DNA of 63,154 nucleotides, counting the filler, from Craspedostauros australis (Eukaryota): the NCBI GenBank assembly GCA_030167865.1. It is 5 parts of 5 records of this genome, joined end to end, with 100 filler letters (N's around TTAATTAATTAA, not from the genome) between each part and the next. Parts side by side here need not be neighbours in the genome. Positions count along the whole stretch, not along the records: positions 29,867 to 37,445 come from JALAGF010001422.1; positions 37,546 to 61,755 come from JALAGF010001424.1; 3 more parts are not named here. One strand, given 5' to 3'. Shown here one piece after another: positions 36,601 through 46,953 of the stretch; position 1 is the stretch's first letter, and the number at the start of each line of letters is the position of its first letter. The position numbers were made by a program, and so were the translations under genes. The notes under the pieces were generated by a model. The model saw only the letters and a list, made by a program, of their open reading frames with translations. It was not told the origin of the DNA and ran no database searches.

Positions 36601-36883
36601 GCTACTCGAGAGTATCGGCATTCCAGTGAAGACACCGATCAAGGTCCGCGTGGACAACATCGGAGCAATCTTCATCGCCAAGAATCCATCCACATCCCAA
36701 CGATCGCGGCACATCGACGTGCGCCATCACTATGTGAGGAACATGGTGACTGACAAGATGATCGAGATCATCTTCGTCAAGTCAGAGCAGAACAGAAGCG
36801 ACGGCTTCACCAAGAACATCAAGGCCGACTTGCAACGAGAGCATGAGAAGTCGTACCTTGACACATCGGAACCAATCGAATGA
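30695..36883 (+). CDS. Copia gag-pol polyprotein (gag, 2 CCHC knuckles, protease, integrase, RT, RNase H)
   Basis: 2062 aa. Knuckles CHNCGVYGHRSANC and CNYCGIIGHREAEC; protease WLADSGASCH; HRMLGH…CRDC; integrase FIDI…IVDD…GDNSGE…QQNGRVER; RT ARLVACGYSQ, YVDD; RNase H CDSEYAG, SSSEAEY, VDNIGA. Confidence 0.97.
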   Translation: MSEEKGLKDIPLSESTIKQESDASETPSQPTKEAGAPTVLSSAEGSAIDETEAERSAAESDATRRTLAAATSETSQKEVARSAPTATPAAKTKQEDVAKSIPTAATASKPASEQVAKSIRGAATAVKGEDIIKGDFVTKTTSASTTRPKFEKVETPKTAWRTRLTMATLNNKRRIKAPLFSGNQEDYNAWESQAKAYARAQRTRDVMLGKVNIPTTSDIAKATGSELEKLEEVHELAADCFSDLILMMDAEKGAGKQAIQYINQCVNDDYPEGNPHEAWNLLAEKFKPTDASTKVRLKRQFNNEKMKKGSDPDIYITRLELLRTRLQDVGYDISDDEMVMQILSTVSSEYNNQVQNFEYQMTLDPTKVTINAIRGVLRTGYSTYQGGRAYIDDFQDNTTTHDTGLATTGNFKGTCHNCGVYGHRSANCPERKQGINNKYKRNNNNNNRNNNKGRNNKSRGSGFTGKCNYCGIIGHREAECRKKKFQEKKKAEEQANTVKEGYEKSGHEMVLSAKDMPLCMATSSYIEDGFFDHFTYSGSDDEVQDDEVVPEWLSDEPIIHEVHPHREVSYDCCFNTNDFVHLAGDAAEMGTEAIDIEIEAAANRMGTLPNNENPEADDETTGADSAPTDPTNNARTGIFDESSDEESEDDGLIHPDESIVYPTDVEMPPIDVFSGTRLSYTIDTVPRPSRGAIQMQRHLIHCAVEEAAAQLYPEDGDARERETWTEETTSTLAGSFWSIEEILANGWVTNRLLGDAGRAPLSDMAVHYILGGCMRVLLRERPRPPTSFGEESAYHMGISYRDMDDGVEDPNDEDYEDDMAAAAIEEPSAKGVMSTDKVNRNTWLADSGASCHIVNSDVALFNVRHIKSFIQVGDSTKLDSPKIGSIRLHVKQRDNTGHIIRLDDVKYAPKMWVNLFSTNKALMKGFQIGNNGIVMDIINGHGKKIIFDRIFPTSNGFITGVQMHPIKPPNDKATTAITKSPSKTVSAATLHRMLGHAPLETMKRTAAQYGWKIIGEMPVCRDCAVANARVRDISKAPVPRATRRGERFFIDISYTKHISFGDKRYWTLIVDDCTDFCWSFFLKNKSDQPGYIQRFVQVIKSHTGEQQIIFRGDNSGENKTTQESLIDAGLNAKFEFTASNTPQQNGRVERKFAYLFTKIRSMLNGAQLNDEYRHGLWAAAASTATAIANITVAKNQKESPHRKFFGSDPQYSDSLRTFGEVGVVKTTYGGITAKLKNRGEEMIFVGYALQHASGVYNMYRPSTKALVCSRDIKWLNQSYGQFRGWAPAPNISSEAETTDADGFTTIGRKGATPKEAMRQRKKARRVSFTDTNRYHLLSDSDDEEDEDERGRSESGPEDIEIPSSGDEADEHLDAPPLATPENTPPRLPPKKPTKRDINRRERIRRHEARGRKGENGPKPGTGRTRLPKALRDLADFNVPGRKERDEESESSSNDESGESGDQLSDERSDESNNETSDDNEEENTDGDKTEEEETEVVHHSTDGLYGMNAIIADTPAIDIGLSMQDQKDDTEKHIEPTTFDGAFNHPDPIHRKGYRAAIKKEFNSMDTRKVYSKIKRDAIPRGRRCCKCKWVFKLKRDGTHRARLVACGYSQVAGVDFQEHYSPVIHDVTYRVMMVIMLLKKMDCALVDVVTAFLHGDLDEEIYMNCPNGMDHQADEALTLHKPIYGLVQSARQWFKMLVSTLKNIHFEQSAADPCLFHRKTDEGSMIVAIYVDDCFCCGDDKALKKFLVDIKSSKFNVTVEPGLGDYLSCNIELNHDKTRATLRQPHLIRHLIEEFGTKVEKMQRYGTPGTPGQIIVRPSEDNGLQKVGPEEHAEYRRGVGMLLFLIXHSRXDIANPVRELSKVLIGPTKAAMKEMYRIIKYVIDTQHYGLKIHPARPDNDGWDMELFCDSEYAGDKNTRISVGGFILYLCQVPILWRSKAQKAVTLSSSEAEYVALSEAAKEIFFVMQLLESIGIPVKTPIKVRVDNIGAIFIAKNPSTSQRSRHIDVRHHYVRNMVTDKMIEIIFVKSEQNRSDGFTKNIKADLQREHEKSYLDTSEPIE

Positions 36884-36903
36884 CCGAATGTACACAGGAA
36901 GGG

Positions 36904-37445
36904 TGTCGGGATGTACCGGTATGTGCATCGCCCATCCAATCGGTTAGTCTAGACTCGACCAGGTAGCGTCGACAATATTCGTGTCCTGGACGTTTCGTGT
37001 TTGAGAGCAACAACACAAACTCGGACACACTAAATCATGCAAGAATCCCAGCGGGGGATTTGGGACAACCTAATCTGAGAGGATCAGAACCTTCGTATGT
37101 CCGCCAACCGACATGGCATCGAGGAAGGGTAAATGGAGGTTGCGACTTATCTAAGGTGACGAGATGACCATCTGACCAGGGTAAGATGACGGAATGAGGA
37201 ACCTGGGAATACATGGAACAGAGCAGCTGACGTTGACAGGATGTCATCATGTCACCACGTCGGCAGCTGTCTCAACATCCGGCAGAGAACAAGGAAGATT
37301 CGATGACCGATCGTCATCGAGTTCGTGAAAGGTCAACGAGGAGTTCAGCATGAGATGACAGCATCTACACGTGGGCGTAGTAGCGTGCTCGTGGAGGATG
37401 AGATGATGAACGACGAATCGAATGTGTAGAACAGCGTAGGAGGAC
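36904..37445 (+). repeat. 3' LTR (3'-truncated), preceded by polypurine tract 36896-36903
   Basis: AGGAAGGG|TGTCGGG…; matches the 5' LTR. Confidence 0.92.
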
Positions 37446-37545
37446 NNNNNNNNNNNNNNNNNNNNNNNNNNNNNNNNNNNNNNNNNNNNTTAATTAATTA
37501 ANNNNNNNNNNNNNNNNNNNNNNNNNNNNNNNNNNNNNNNNNNNN
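37446..37545. other. Artificial contig-joining spacer
   Basis: N block with TTAATTAATTAA. Confidence 0.97.
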
Positions 37546-38419
37546 TGTACTGGCTTGTATCCGTACGAGTATCATGCACTGTGTGATGAATATGAGTGGC
37601 AATTCGATGTCAGTTGCTGATGTGCTCGAACACGGGTTTGAGTGGTGTGTGTTGTTGTCTTGTTCGCATGGCCTCCTCTTTCTCTCTTTGTGTTTGCCTG
37701 TGTTTGCCTCCTTCTCTTGATCGCGCCCCTCTGATTCTGATTTGGATCGTTCTCTTGATCGCACCCCAGGTTCTGGTTTGGATCCTCTGGTTCCCATCCA
37801 TTGCGAAAATGCACCATGGACAACAAGAAGAAAGAAGGAACGAGGGAGGAAGCAAACACGTTCCGATCACAACAGAGTTCTGTTGTGTGACATCGCCGAA
37901 AACGAGAATCTTCGACTGCTACGAGTAAAACCATTGAAGAAGACCGACGCGCGTGGACATCTGTCGAAGCACAACGAATGCGAGAGATCATTGACTGTGA
38001 CACACAACTGGTTCGAAATGGTCGTTGCATGTTGCCATTAGAGGGGTTTCGCATTGTTTGGATTTCCACTCACAGGCCCCCAGACTACGTGTCACACCGA
38101 CATTGACTCCCGAGTGACGGAAACTGCACAGGACTGGTGCGTGACAGAATACTGCTTGGATTACGTGGAGTCAATAACCGTTCGCGCCATCTCTAGGGTA
38201 TCTAATTTAGACATGTTCGCTTTCACGTCTCCCGAAGAGCGTCACATTTTGGCCATGAGTGTCACAACACATCATCGGTTCCTGTTTGATGTTGCATGAT
38301 GCGTTCCCTCCATGCTTCGCTTCATGCTATACTCGTTGCTCCTTCAATCCTTCTGTGTTCATCGCACCTTCGCACACATAGCTCCTCTACACGTTCGACC
38401 ACTGCTTACTATCGTTGTC

Positions 38420-39634
38420 ATGGCCAGACGTAACTGGAATACTGTTCCCGAGCGGCAGGCATTGCAAGAAGCCATCGCTCGATTTGAGGCTGCCATCGCT
38501 CAACTAGCAGACATCGACTTCCAGCGTCTGGATTATGCAGGCGTCGTGATTTTGGTTCAGCACTATAGCAACATCGTCGCATTGGGCCGTCATGTGCTAC
38601 AGATGCAGCAACTCTACCTCACTCCATTGGGACCTCCTCCCATGTTCACCAACAGGAACATTGCCATCGCAGAACTGGACGACCGCGAAAGTGTTCGTCA
38701 CTTTCGTTTTCGTGTGCGTGATCTCCAACGTCTGGCTGACCGTCTCTGGCCCAAATTCCAGGCAGTGTCAGGTGACGCAGATCCTGCATGCATTCAGGTG
38801 AAGAATCGATACACGGTATCATACGAAATGGGATTGCTCGTCATGCTGTTCCGCCTGGCACATCGCGGACGGCTGTGTGACATGGAACAGAAATTCAGCA
38901 TGGACAGCGTCCGCATTTCCAGTATTGCCTCCACTTTCTACTCCTACTTCTATGCCATTGGCATGCCCTACCTGAGTGACATCAGTTTGTTTCATACTCG
39001 ATTCCCTGACTATGCGGAGAACAATCACCATCTCACCCACGGCTTGGTGGACGATGTGTTCGCTTATGTCGACGGCACGTTTTGGGAAACCTGTCGTCCC
39101 AAGGAGAATCAAGAGGACCTCTACTCTGGCTATAAACGTGGCCATGGGCTGCACTATCAAGCCATCGTTGCGCCAGATGGGTTGCTCATTCACTACTTTG
39201 GGCCAATTGCGGGTGCTCGTGGTGACGGGTACATGTTCGAGCAAAGCCAAATCGAACAGCGACTGGAGGCTCTCATGCCATTGGATGAGAACAATCCTCC
39301 ATATCGTCTCTACGGCGATCCAGCGTATCCTACTACACCATACATATTCGCTGCATACAAGGACACTGTTCCAGGGTCCTCCGAGGCGCAGTGCAACAAG
39401 GACATGGCGTCGGGTCGCATCTGTGTTGAGTGGGCATTCAAGGAGATCACGAAAAATTTTCCCTTGGTGAGCGTTCGCAACGCCAACAAAACACTGCAGA
39501 ATCCTCTCACACTCATTCATTTTGTTGCTGCGTTCCTTGCCAACATTCATTGCACCATGAATGGCAATCAGCAGTCTGCACGGTACCAATCGCACAAGCT
39601 GACATTCGAAGAATACATCGACCTGATCCCATGA
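38420..39634 (+). CDS. Harbinger DDE transposase (DDE_Tnp_4/HARBI1-like)
   Basis: YVDGT, YSGYKRGHGLHYQAIVAPDG, GARGDG, YGDPAY, RICVEWAF. Start placed at ATG 38420; the ORF is open from 38312. Confidence 0.92.
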   Translation: MARRNWNTVPERQALQEAIARFEAAIAQLADIDFQRLDYAGVVILVQHYSNIVALGRHVLQMQQLYLTPLGPPPMFTNRNIAIAELDDRESVRHFRFRVRDLQRLADRLWPKFQAVSGDADPACIQVKNRYTVSYEMGLLVMLFRLAHRGRLCDMEQKFSMDSVRISSIASTFYSYFYAIGMPYLSDISLFHTRFPDYAENNHHLTHGLVDDVFAYVDGTFWETCRPKENQEDLYSGYKRGHGLHYQAIVAPDGLLIHYFGPIAGARGDGYMFEQSQIEQRLEALMPLDENNPPYRLYGDPAYPTTPYIFAAYKDTVPGSSEAQCNKDMASGRICVEWAFKEITKNFPLVSVRNANKTLQNPLTLIHFVAAFLANIHCTMNGNQQSARYQSHKLTFEEYIDLIP

Positions 39635-40064
39635 TCATACAAACAGTTAGAAATAATGAGGTACATGTAATACGTATTGGACTACTTATTCTGTCACACT
39701 CGTGGCGCGTGAGTGCTTGTGTTGTGTGTGCTGTGCTGCGTACGATCGGCGAATGCTGGGAATGCTTTCTTTATGGAATGCATGTGGGCGCGGAAGGAAG
39801 CATGCGGCTGTGCGCACAAGGGATTCAGCGCGTCGGCTTCTCTACTTGGCGTTGATTGGTATGCCATGGTGGAGTGTCTCTTGCGCAGAGAGAGGAATGA
39901 ATAGATGGAATGAATGGATGGATGCCCGCATTGAAGGATGGATCGTCGAATTGGATCGACGAATGTCACGGCGAATGGGCTGGTTGATGTGTTGCGAAAT
40001 GTGAGGGGTTGCGGGAAAGAAGGCATGAAATGTGAAAATGCAAAGAGGAAAGGATGGGTGAGTA

Positions 40065-40127
40065 TCATATTCCCGCACCATCGTCGTCATTGCGGCTGCT
40101 GCTGTTCTCTTCGTCGTTGTCGTCGTT

Positions 40128-40202
<75 letters not shown>

Positions 40203-40392
40203 GCTGTTGGTGGTGGTGGTGGTGCGTTGAGCTCCAGATAGGGCGAGGACGAGAGACCTGACGTCAGACGAGAGCTTCATTTGGCACTNGCGCAACTCCG
40301 AGGTCTCTTGCTGCGTCCGCTTTCTATCCTCCTCCAGATGGCGGTTCATGTTGAGCATCATTTGGTGCTGATTCAACACGAGCTGGAGGAGG

Positions 40393-40439
<47 letters not shown>

Positions 40440-41852
40440 GTTGGTGGTGTTGGTGGTGGTGGTGTTGCCATCGTTGGAAGCCGCTGCCCCCACAGTTGGA
40501 GCAATCGGAGAAGCGGCGAGCGATGCCGCAATCGGAGAATCCTCTCTGTGTTCCGCACGATTCGGAGGCGTGGCCGTAGCGAGCCACGCTTGAAACTGAC
40601 GCTGAGTCTCGTCCAGCTTCTCCAGGAGACCGACTGTGCACTGGATCTGCTCCTGAGCGTTTCGTGCTCGCTTCGGAGAAGCCACCACCTCCACAGAAGA
40701 CAAACTCGAGGTCGCGTCGTCGCCGTTGCTTGCCGCCACATTCTGTCGCCGCGCCGTTCCCGCTGCTTCACGCGCCGCCACATTCTGTCGCCGCGCCGTT
40801 CCCTCTGCTCCACGCGCCGCCACATTCTGTCGCCGCACCGTTCCCTCTGCTCCACGCGCCGCCACATTATGTTGCCGCGCCGTTGCTGCTGCTCCAGCTT
40901 GTGTTTGCATTTTAGGAGGGCGCAGTCCTAGCATGCGATGCTGCTGCATTGCGGTGATCCTCTTGCGCCCAGCAATTCTTGTGGAGGATGCAATGGCATC
41001 GTCAATATACTCCTGGCGCTCCTGCTGGAGGGCAGTGAGGTCATCCAGCCACAACTTCACAGACTCAGCCATGCCACTCCTGCGAGGATGGGTGTGGTTG
41101 TACAGAGCTGTGAAGCGCATGAGATTCTCGAATCTCCCCTTCAGCCCTTTTTGTTGCGGGACAGTGGGAAAGACCGATGAATTCTCGACGTGCACCGCAT
41201 TGCGGATCGCACTCCATACCACTCCAATTGGCGGTATCCAAGGCTTTTTCAGACTCCTTGTGATGACATCGATGAGGATTCGGTCGCATGGCTGGGGGGT
41301 CACCAGCCATGGGAAGTGGTCCACCTTCCCCTTCAGATTGTAGAACATGGGAGGGAAGAATTTTGGTCTGGATTTGCGGGTGATGGGAGCGGGATGATTG
41401 GAAGAGGTCGGCATGTTGCCATCACTGGCTGCCGCCACCGCAGATGATATGGAAGGAGGTACAGGCGCCTTCTTGCGCCGGTACGCCCGCTTCTTGATGT
41501 TGGTGGTGCTGCTGCTGCTGCTGTTGCTTTTGCTTGGTGGTGATGGTTCCGCCGGAGGCTGATGGGTGGCTGATGGTGAAGCGCGAGGCTTCCCAGAGTC
41601 GGCCATCGCGTTGACGTCGGCGCCATTGCGCGCGTTGAAGGCAGCACCAACGTTGGCTGGAGGTTGCGCCACCGTGAACTTGTAAGTGCAGCGTTCAAAA
41701 CCAGGTGGGAGTTTCTCATCCTTGCCCAACACTGATGGTGGGAAGACGAAGGTCGCCGGTGCGCCAGTCCTTCCACTCGTCGTGACCTCGCTGTCGCTGT
41801 TGGTCTCCGACAGAGCAATGGATGGATGCGTGGGAGGAGGAGAGCCGTCCAT
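40065..41852 (-). CDS. Harbinger ORF2, putative Myb/SANT-like DNA-binding accessory protein
   Basis: Lies inside the TIRs, convergent to the transposase. Has a basic NLS-like KKRAYRRKK, a W..I…LKGRFENL trihelix-like segment, coiled coil and poly-N tracts. Confidence 0.7.
40128..40222. repeat. (TTG)n/(TGG)n microsatellite encoding poly-Asn/Thr; a second tract at about 40392-40466
   Basis: Directly visible. Confidence 0.95.
40732..40895. repeat. 42-bp coding minisatellite, about 4 copies (RRQNVAARGAEGTA)
   Basis: Units start GCCGCCACATT at 40732, 40774, 40816 and 40858. Confidence 0.92.
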
Positions 41853-42380
41853 GACGAATAGCAGGAAGAAGACTACGCGTCAGAAGCGACACGTGTGGTG
41901 GTCTGTGGTGATCTCAAGAACTCGTGCAAGGTGTTGGTCGATGTGGAGCATCGAGGTGTAGTCATGAGGTGGGTTGTGACGGATGATTGTCTTGGAATGA
42001 GAGAATCGAGATGAGAGAATCGAGCGACGGTGATGTGATGGCGATGTGATGGATGATGTTTTTTCTCTTTGTTGTTCCAAAACGAACGCAAAAGTCTACG
42101 ATGGCGGCCAANGTAGACNGATGTGGAGGACAAGAAGGACTAAACTAGAACGAAATAACACAACATGATTGGCCAAAGTCTATTATCCATGTGGAAGTGA
42201 CACTTTTGCCAGGACTCGCTGAGTGGAAACGATTTCCATTTCTGCTGCAGAAGTGGAAATCATTTCCACTCAGCGAGGGGGTGATTTCTCGCCGCCCCCC
42301 GGGAATATGTCTCTATCAGGTTATGACTCCCTCGTGGGACTGGTCGTGACTGGGTGAGTGGAATGCGAAACCCCTCTATT

Positions 42381-43479
42381 AGAGCCCTATCGCATCCCGC
42401 ATTGGGAGTCCCACGGTACAAAATACCCTGATAATGATATTTTTGGAGAGGCAACATGCGAACTTCCCCCTCGGAAAGTGAAACTCGATTGCGTTTTAGG
42501 AGCCAAAAACACATTTGAGTTTCACATCGCAGTCCCGGCAAGCCAACCTTCCACGTGTTGGAACGAAACCAATGGCCAATCATTTCTCTTCATTTGCAGC
42601 AATGTTGAGTCGTCCTTGTCGTGCTGATGACAGTTTTCCTGAGATGCTAGCGATGATGAAACTAACATTCCGAATGAGGGGTGCATGGAGCGATAGAGAG
42701 TGATTACGACGTCGAATATGCCTGTAAGCTTCATATATGATATCTGCATGCACGTAGAAGAGGCCCCTTCATGATCCAGCTGAGGAACCTTTGCTCATAT
42801 CCTATTTCATCCTATACAACATACGCGGTGTGTTCCTGATGCTCTGAGGATAAGTATCGTCAGATACGACCAGGGACTTCGACCTACGCACATTTTGCAT
42901 CCGTTGGAGATCCTAACTGCCATATCGGAAGTCGTTGGTGGTCTCCAACCAACCCAACGTGCAATCGCAATAGTTCTGTGTAGACTGCGTGAAGAGCTTC
43001 TATTGGACAACAAACTGCTGATCCATCTCTATAATACGGTGATCAAGGGGTCTCTGCCATCGATATTGGCAACATAGCCTTGAACAAGCCTTGGATTAGC
43101 AGGAACGAAGTGCTTGCGCATCTGTTACGGAACCTCTGTTACTGGCAAAGTTGAGACAGAAGAGATGGCAACGAAACTCTCACACCAGGAAGCTCCAAGG
43201 AGAAAGAGGGATGTGCGTTGCGTGCAACTCAGAACACACCCACCATCGACCCCACCATCCTTTGGTCTCAACAAGTGATGCGATAACATGCAACGAATCA
43301 TAAAGATCAGAACAGTCTAAACTCGAACTCTATTCTACAGAAGAAAAGTCGATCCAGTCATGTTGGTTGTCTTTCCGTGTAGGTCACGAACGATTCACGA
43401 GTACCAATGTGAAACCCGAACGTGAGTGCCACATGTGAAATGAACACAGGGGTGTGAATGTGAAATGCAATAGGCCTCT
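42381..43479. mobile_element. Non-autonomous Harbinger-like element (about 1.1 kb)
   Basis: Imperfect TIRs AGAGCCCTATCGCAT / ATGCAATAGGCCTCT (13/15), with ATT on both sides. Confidence 0.75.
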
Positions 43480-43482
43480 ATT

Positions 43483-45237
43483 TGAGAATTTTCGCATTCA
43501 GCTCGCTCGACCCCTATCTCATGTCACAGTTCACATTGACTCTCGAGTAGAGAAACTGCACAGGACTGATTCGTGACAGAATCCTGCTTGGATTAGGTCG
43601 AGCGATTTTGAGTCTGCGCCACGACTGAGGTATCTAATTTAGACGTGTTCGTCTTGACTCCTCCCAAAACACACCACAAATTGGTGGCATCCATGTTGAC
43701 ACATCACCTCCCTCCGGGTTTTTGTTGTTGCTGCATGACAGGTGTCCTCCCTGCCATACTTGAGGGTACGTTTGCTGTTAGTTGTATTCTTCTATGTTCA
43801 CCACTGTCAAGATGTACATGTGAGTATATGTCGAGATGTACGTGTATATGTGCATCGTTCACCCGTTATTCTCTAATACGCACTTGGACGGTATAACTAC
43901 ATTCGTGCCGATAGTATGCTGTGATTCGTCAGAATTACAGTGGAAATGGAACACACAAAAACGAGCAGAATTTCTGGAGGAAATTTGCAATCAACGATTT
44001 CTGAGAGAATCAGGAATATCGTCCGTCCATCCACCAATGGAAATGTATGGTATCGAGGGAAGCTTGAGGTACCTCCCAACTAAACCCCAGATGGCGATAT
44101 CATCTGACAGACCATCACATCATCGATGGAATGTGACATCTGGAGAGCAGAAGGACACCTACTGACGTTGACAGGATGTCATCGTGTCACCACGTCGACA
44201 TCTGTCTCCAAGTCAGAGCAGGAGGCGAAGATCAGATGACCCATGAAGATCATGGATACAGAAGGTGAAGTTCAGATGGTAAGTACTCATGGAGTAGGAA
44301 CCAGTAATGAACAAACAGAGTGTCAAATGCGGAGTACGCATCGAACACGGAGTATCATGTGGCTCAAGTACACGATGTTGAGAGAGAGAGAGAATACAGA
44401 GAGGAGCGAGAGAGGATCTCGCATACCGACTCATAGTCGGAGACCGAATCTACGAAACAGATTGAAGCGCCGAGAGAATCGGGCAAGAGAACGGCGTACA
44501 CCGAGAGGATCGGAGTGCCAATGTAATGAAATAGCAAACGAACGACTATCAACCAATACCATCTTCCACGATTGTAGGCTTCCAATCACGGAACTTGCCA
44601 ACACACAGCAGCAACAAGCAACAACAAAAGAGAGAGACAGAGAGAGAGAGAGCAAACAACACCATAAAATCAATTGCAACTATCTGATCAGCCAAACATA
44701 TGATCACACGGCATCATCGTCTGGAACTGTCCTTCGGCTCAAAGCTGGGTAGAGACCGGCAGGAACGCTGTTGTAACAACAGTTGGTCACGAACACATCA
44801 TCTCCGCCCCTTGCGACATGCAACTGTGTATTGGATGACTGCATTCCCCTCGTGGTCATCACCATGCAATCCACACTTGTCATTCACCATCTGTCTCAGG
44901 ACGACCTTCGCCTCGTCATGCATCTCACATTTGTATGCTCACAACGATACAGTGGGACGTGCGGTAACCTAGCATTTCACAACACTCGATCCCAGACATC
45001 TTTGGGAGGTGCGGCAACAACGTGTCCCAGAATATCCGATTGCTGACAGACGTCACCAAAATGTGATGTTCCTCAGAAGGAGTCGAAGCGAACCTCTCGA
45101 ACTATAATACCATATCACTGGTACATATTCCAAATCGCTCGAATTAATCCAAGCAGGATTCTATCACGAAACAGTCCTGTACAGTTTCAGTACTCGAGAG
45201 TCAATGGGAACTGTGACACAGAATGCGAAGATCCTGG
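43483..45237. mobile_element. Non-autonomous Harbinger-derived element with long inverted arms, containing a solo LTR-2
   Basis: Starts TGAGAATTTTCGCATT. 43522-43608 is an inverted repeat of 45132-45218, and both resemble 38091-38170. Ends AATGCGAAGATCCT; no right-hand TSD seen. Confidence 0.7.
43805..44603 (+). repeat. Solo LTR (LTR-2 family), uninterrupted
   Basis: TGTCAAGATGTAC…GAACTTGCCAACA. Homologous to 23339-25431 and shares the core CTGACGTTGACAGGATGTCATC.TGTCACCACGTC with LTR-1. Confidence 0.88.
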
Positions 45238-45486
45238 GGACCAGCGAGAGAGGAGAAAAGAGTCATCATGTCTCGCGTTATCCCGACTTTCGTGATCTGC
45301 TGGCTGCAACAATGCGCCGCTTCCTCCAGCCACCTCTCTTCCGCCCAAACATCTCATAAATCATTCACATTCTCCACACCATCTCATAAATCGAACAACC
45401 GAAAAAACAAGAACAAGATCATCCCCACAATCTCGACAACAATCTCGACCACGACTACGACCACGATAATAACGACCACGATAACA

Positions 45487-46953
45487 ATGACTACGACCAC
45501 GATGGACTTCGACATTGCGACGGAATTGCGAGACAACATCGCATCGGTGCTTCTTCTCCCGCTCGCGCTTGCCATCGGATGGTTGGTCGTCGCCTTGAGT
45601 AGACCACCCGCCAAGGATGCTCCCGTGAAGAGTCCTGTTGGGATCATGGAGTCTATCAACATGCTAACGTCATCCGAATTGCCATGGTGGAATCTCCAGC
45701 TTCGAGAATCTTTGGGATCGTCCATCTTCCAGCACAACATCCCCCTCCCTGGTGGCACGTACGTCCTCTGCTCCGCGAAGGATCAACGTGAAGTTCTGCT
45801 CGACAAGACGACTGACAAGCCGATGGCCATATACGCAGGCTTCGATGGTATGGTTGGACACAAACAAATGGCGACACGTCCAAAACTCGACCTGCGTTTC
45901 AAGAAAATGAAGAAGGCAGTTGCGCATTCGTTTTCCTCTCGCGAAGTCAGTCGGATGAATTCCATTTGCACAAAGTACACCAAGCAATGGGAAACTGATT
46001 TCCTCGAGAAGCTGGCAGACACCGACATGACATTCGATCCTTCCGTCGAATTGCTGAAGGTCGCATTCAAATCCATCATGGAGGCAGCCTTCGAATACGA
46101 ATCGACTCCCGAAGACTTCGATCTGTTCACATCCAATTTCGAGGTGGCTGCACGTGAGTTCGCCATCAGTCAATCCGTCAATCCTTTGCGACAAGTATTC
46201 GGCTTCATGATCCCAGAGGTCTGGGTGGCGCGCAAATCCTGCTCTGCTATGCAGGACTTTGCGAAGAAGATCTTGATGGCCTATCGCGAGAATCCCAACA
46301 AATCGGAGCAGAACACGTTGATTAAGGTGGTTGAATCAAACCCGTACAGTATGTCCGAGAGAGAGAAGGTTGCGGAGCTGCTTCTCTTGCTCATTGCCGG
46401 TTTTGATACGACAGGATACTCTCTTGCCAACACCCTCGTGTTGCTAGCCAAACATCCCAAGGAGATGAGAGAACTGCAACAATCGTTGTTGCAGAATGAT
46501 CCAGCACAATCCAAGGATCATCTCAAGCGCGTGATCACCGAATCTCAACGCATTGTCCCTGTTGGTGCAGTGATCTCCGCTCGTCTCGCCAACCGCGACT
46601 TCATCTTGGTTGATGAGCCTTCCAACCGCAAGGTCAAGATCCCGAAAGGTGCCACCGTCTTCCTTCCACAGATCACGGCCCACAGAGACGAGATGGTGTT
46701 CGAAGATGCTACTCAATTCAAACCTGGTCGATGGGAGAATCCGACAAAGGAAATGGTGCAGAGTGTTATTCCATTCGCTGTGGGCAATCGCAAGTGCCCT
46801 GGCCAATCGTTGGCGATTGCTGAACTCGACTCGGTCTTGCCCAGCGTCTTGTCGAAGTACGAGTTCGAATTGGTGGCGGAAGGCAAGTTGGATTACTTCC
46901 TGACGATGAAGTACGCCAATGCCAAGCTTCGTGTGAAGAGGGTGAAGGTTTGA
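45487..46953 (+). CDS. Cytochrome P450
   Basis: N-terminal TM anchor, I-helix AGFDTT, ExxR (ESQR), FKPGRW and heme motif PFAVGNRKCPG. Start at 45487 or 45502. Confidence 0.95.
   Translation: MTTTTMDFDIATELRDNIASVLLLPLALAIGWLVVALSRPPAKDAPVKSPVGIMESINMLTSSELPWWNLQLRESLGSSIFQHNIPLPGGTYVLCSAKDQREVLLDKTTDKPMAIYAGFDGMVGHKQMATRPKLDLRFKKMKKAVAHSFSSREVSRMNSICTKYTKQWETDFLEKLADTDMTFDPSVELLKVAFKSIMEAAFEYESTPEDFDLFTSNFEVAAREFAISQSVNPLRQVFGFMIPEVWVARKSCSAMQDFAKKILMAYRENPNKSEQNTLIKVVESNPYSMSEREKVAELLLLLIAGFDTTGYSLANTLVLLAKHPKEMRELQQSLLQNDPAQSKDHLKRVITESQRIVPVGAVISARLANRDFILVDEPSNRKVKIPKGATVFLPQITAHRDEMVFEDATQFKPGRWENPTKEMVQSVIPFAVGNRKCPGQSLAIAELDSVLPSVLSKYEFELVAEGKLDYFLTMKYANAKLRVKRVKV

Larger units (their letters stand above)
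29867..37445 (+). mobile_element. Ty1/copia LTR retrotransposon, apparently intact; both outer ends clipped by gaps
   Basis: 5' LTR 29867-30607 and 3' LTR from 36904 (TGT after PPT AGGAAGGG). The overlapping ~500 bp of the LTRs look identical. Single gag-pol ORF with copia domain order. Confidence 0.96.
38040..42377. mobile_element. Full-length PIF/Harbinger DNA transposon with two convergent ORFs
   Basis: Perfect 16-bp TIRs AGAGGGGTTTCGCATT/AATGCGAAACCCCTCT. 3-bp TSD ATT (38037-39 and 42378-80). DDE transposase plus a second ORF. Confidence 0.93.

Noticed and set aside
40732..40895. Regularly spaced repeats resembling a CRISPR array
   Set aside because: Contiguous 42-bp units without unique spacers, in frame within Harbinger ORF2; no cas genes.
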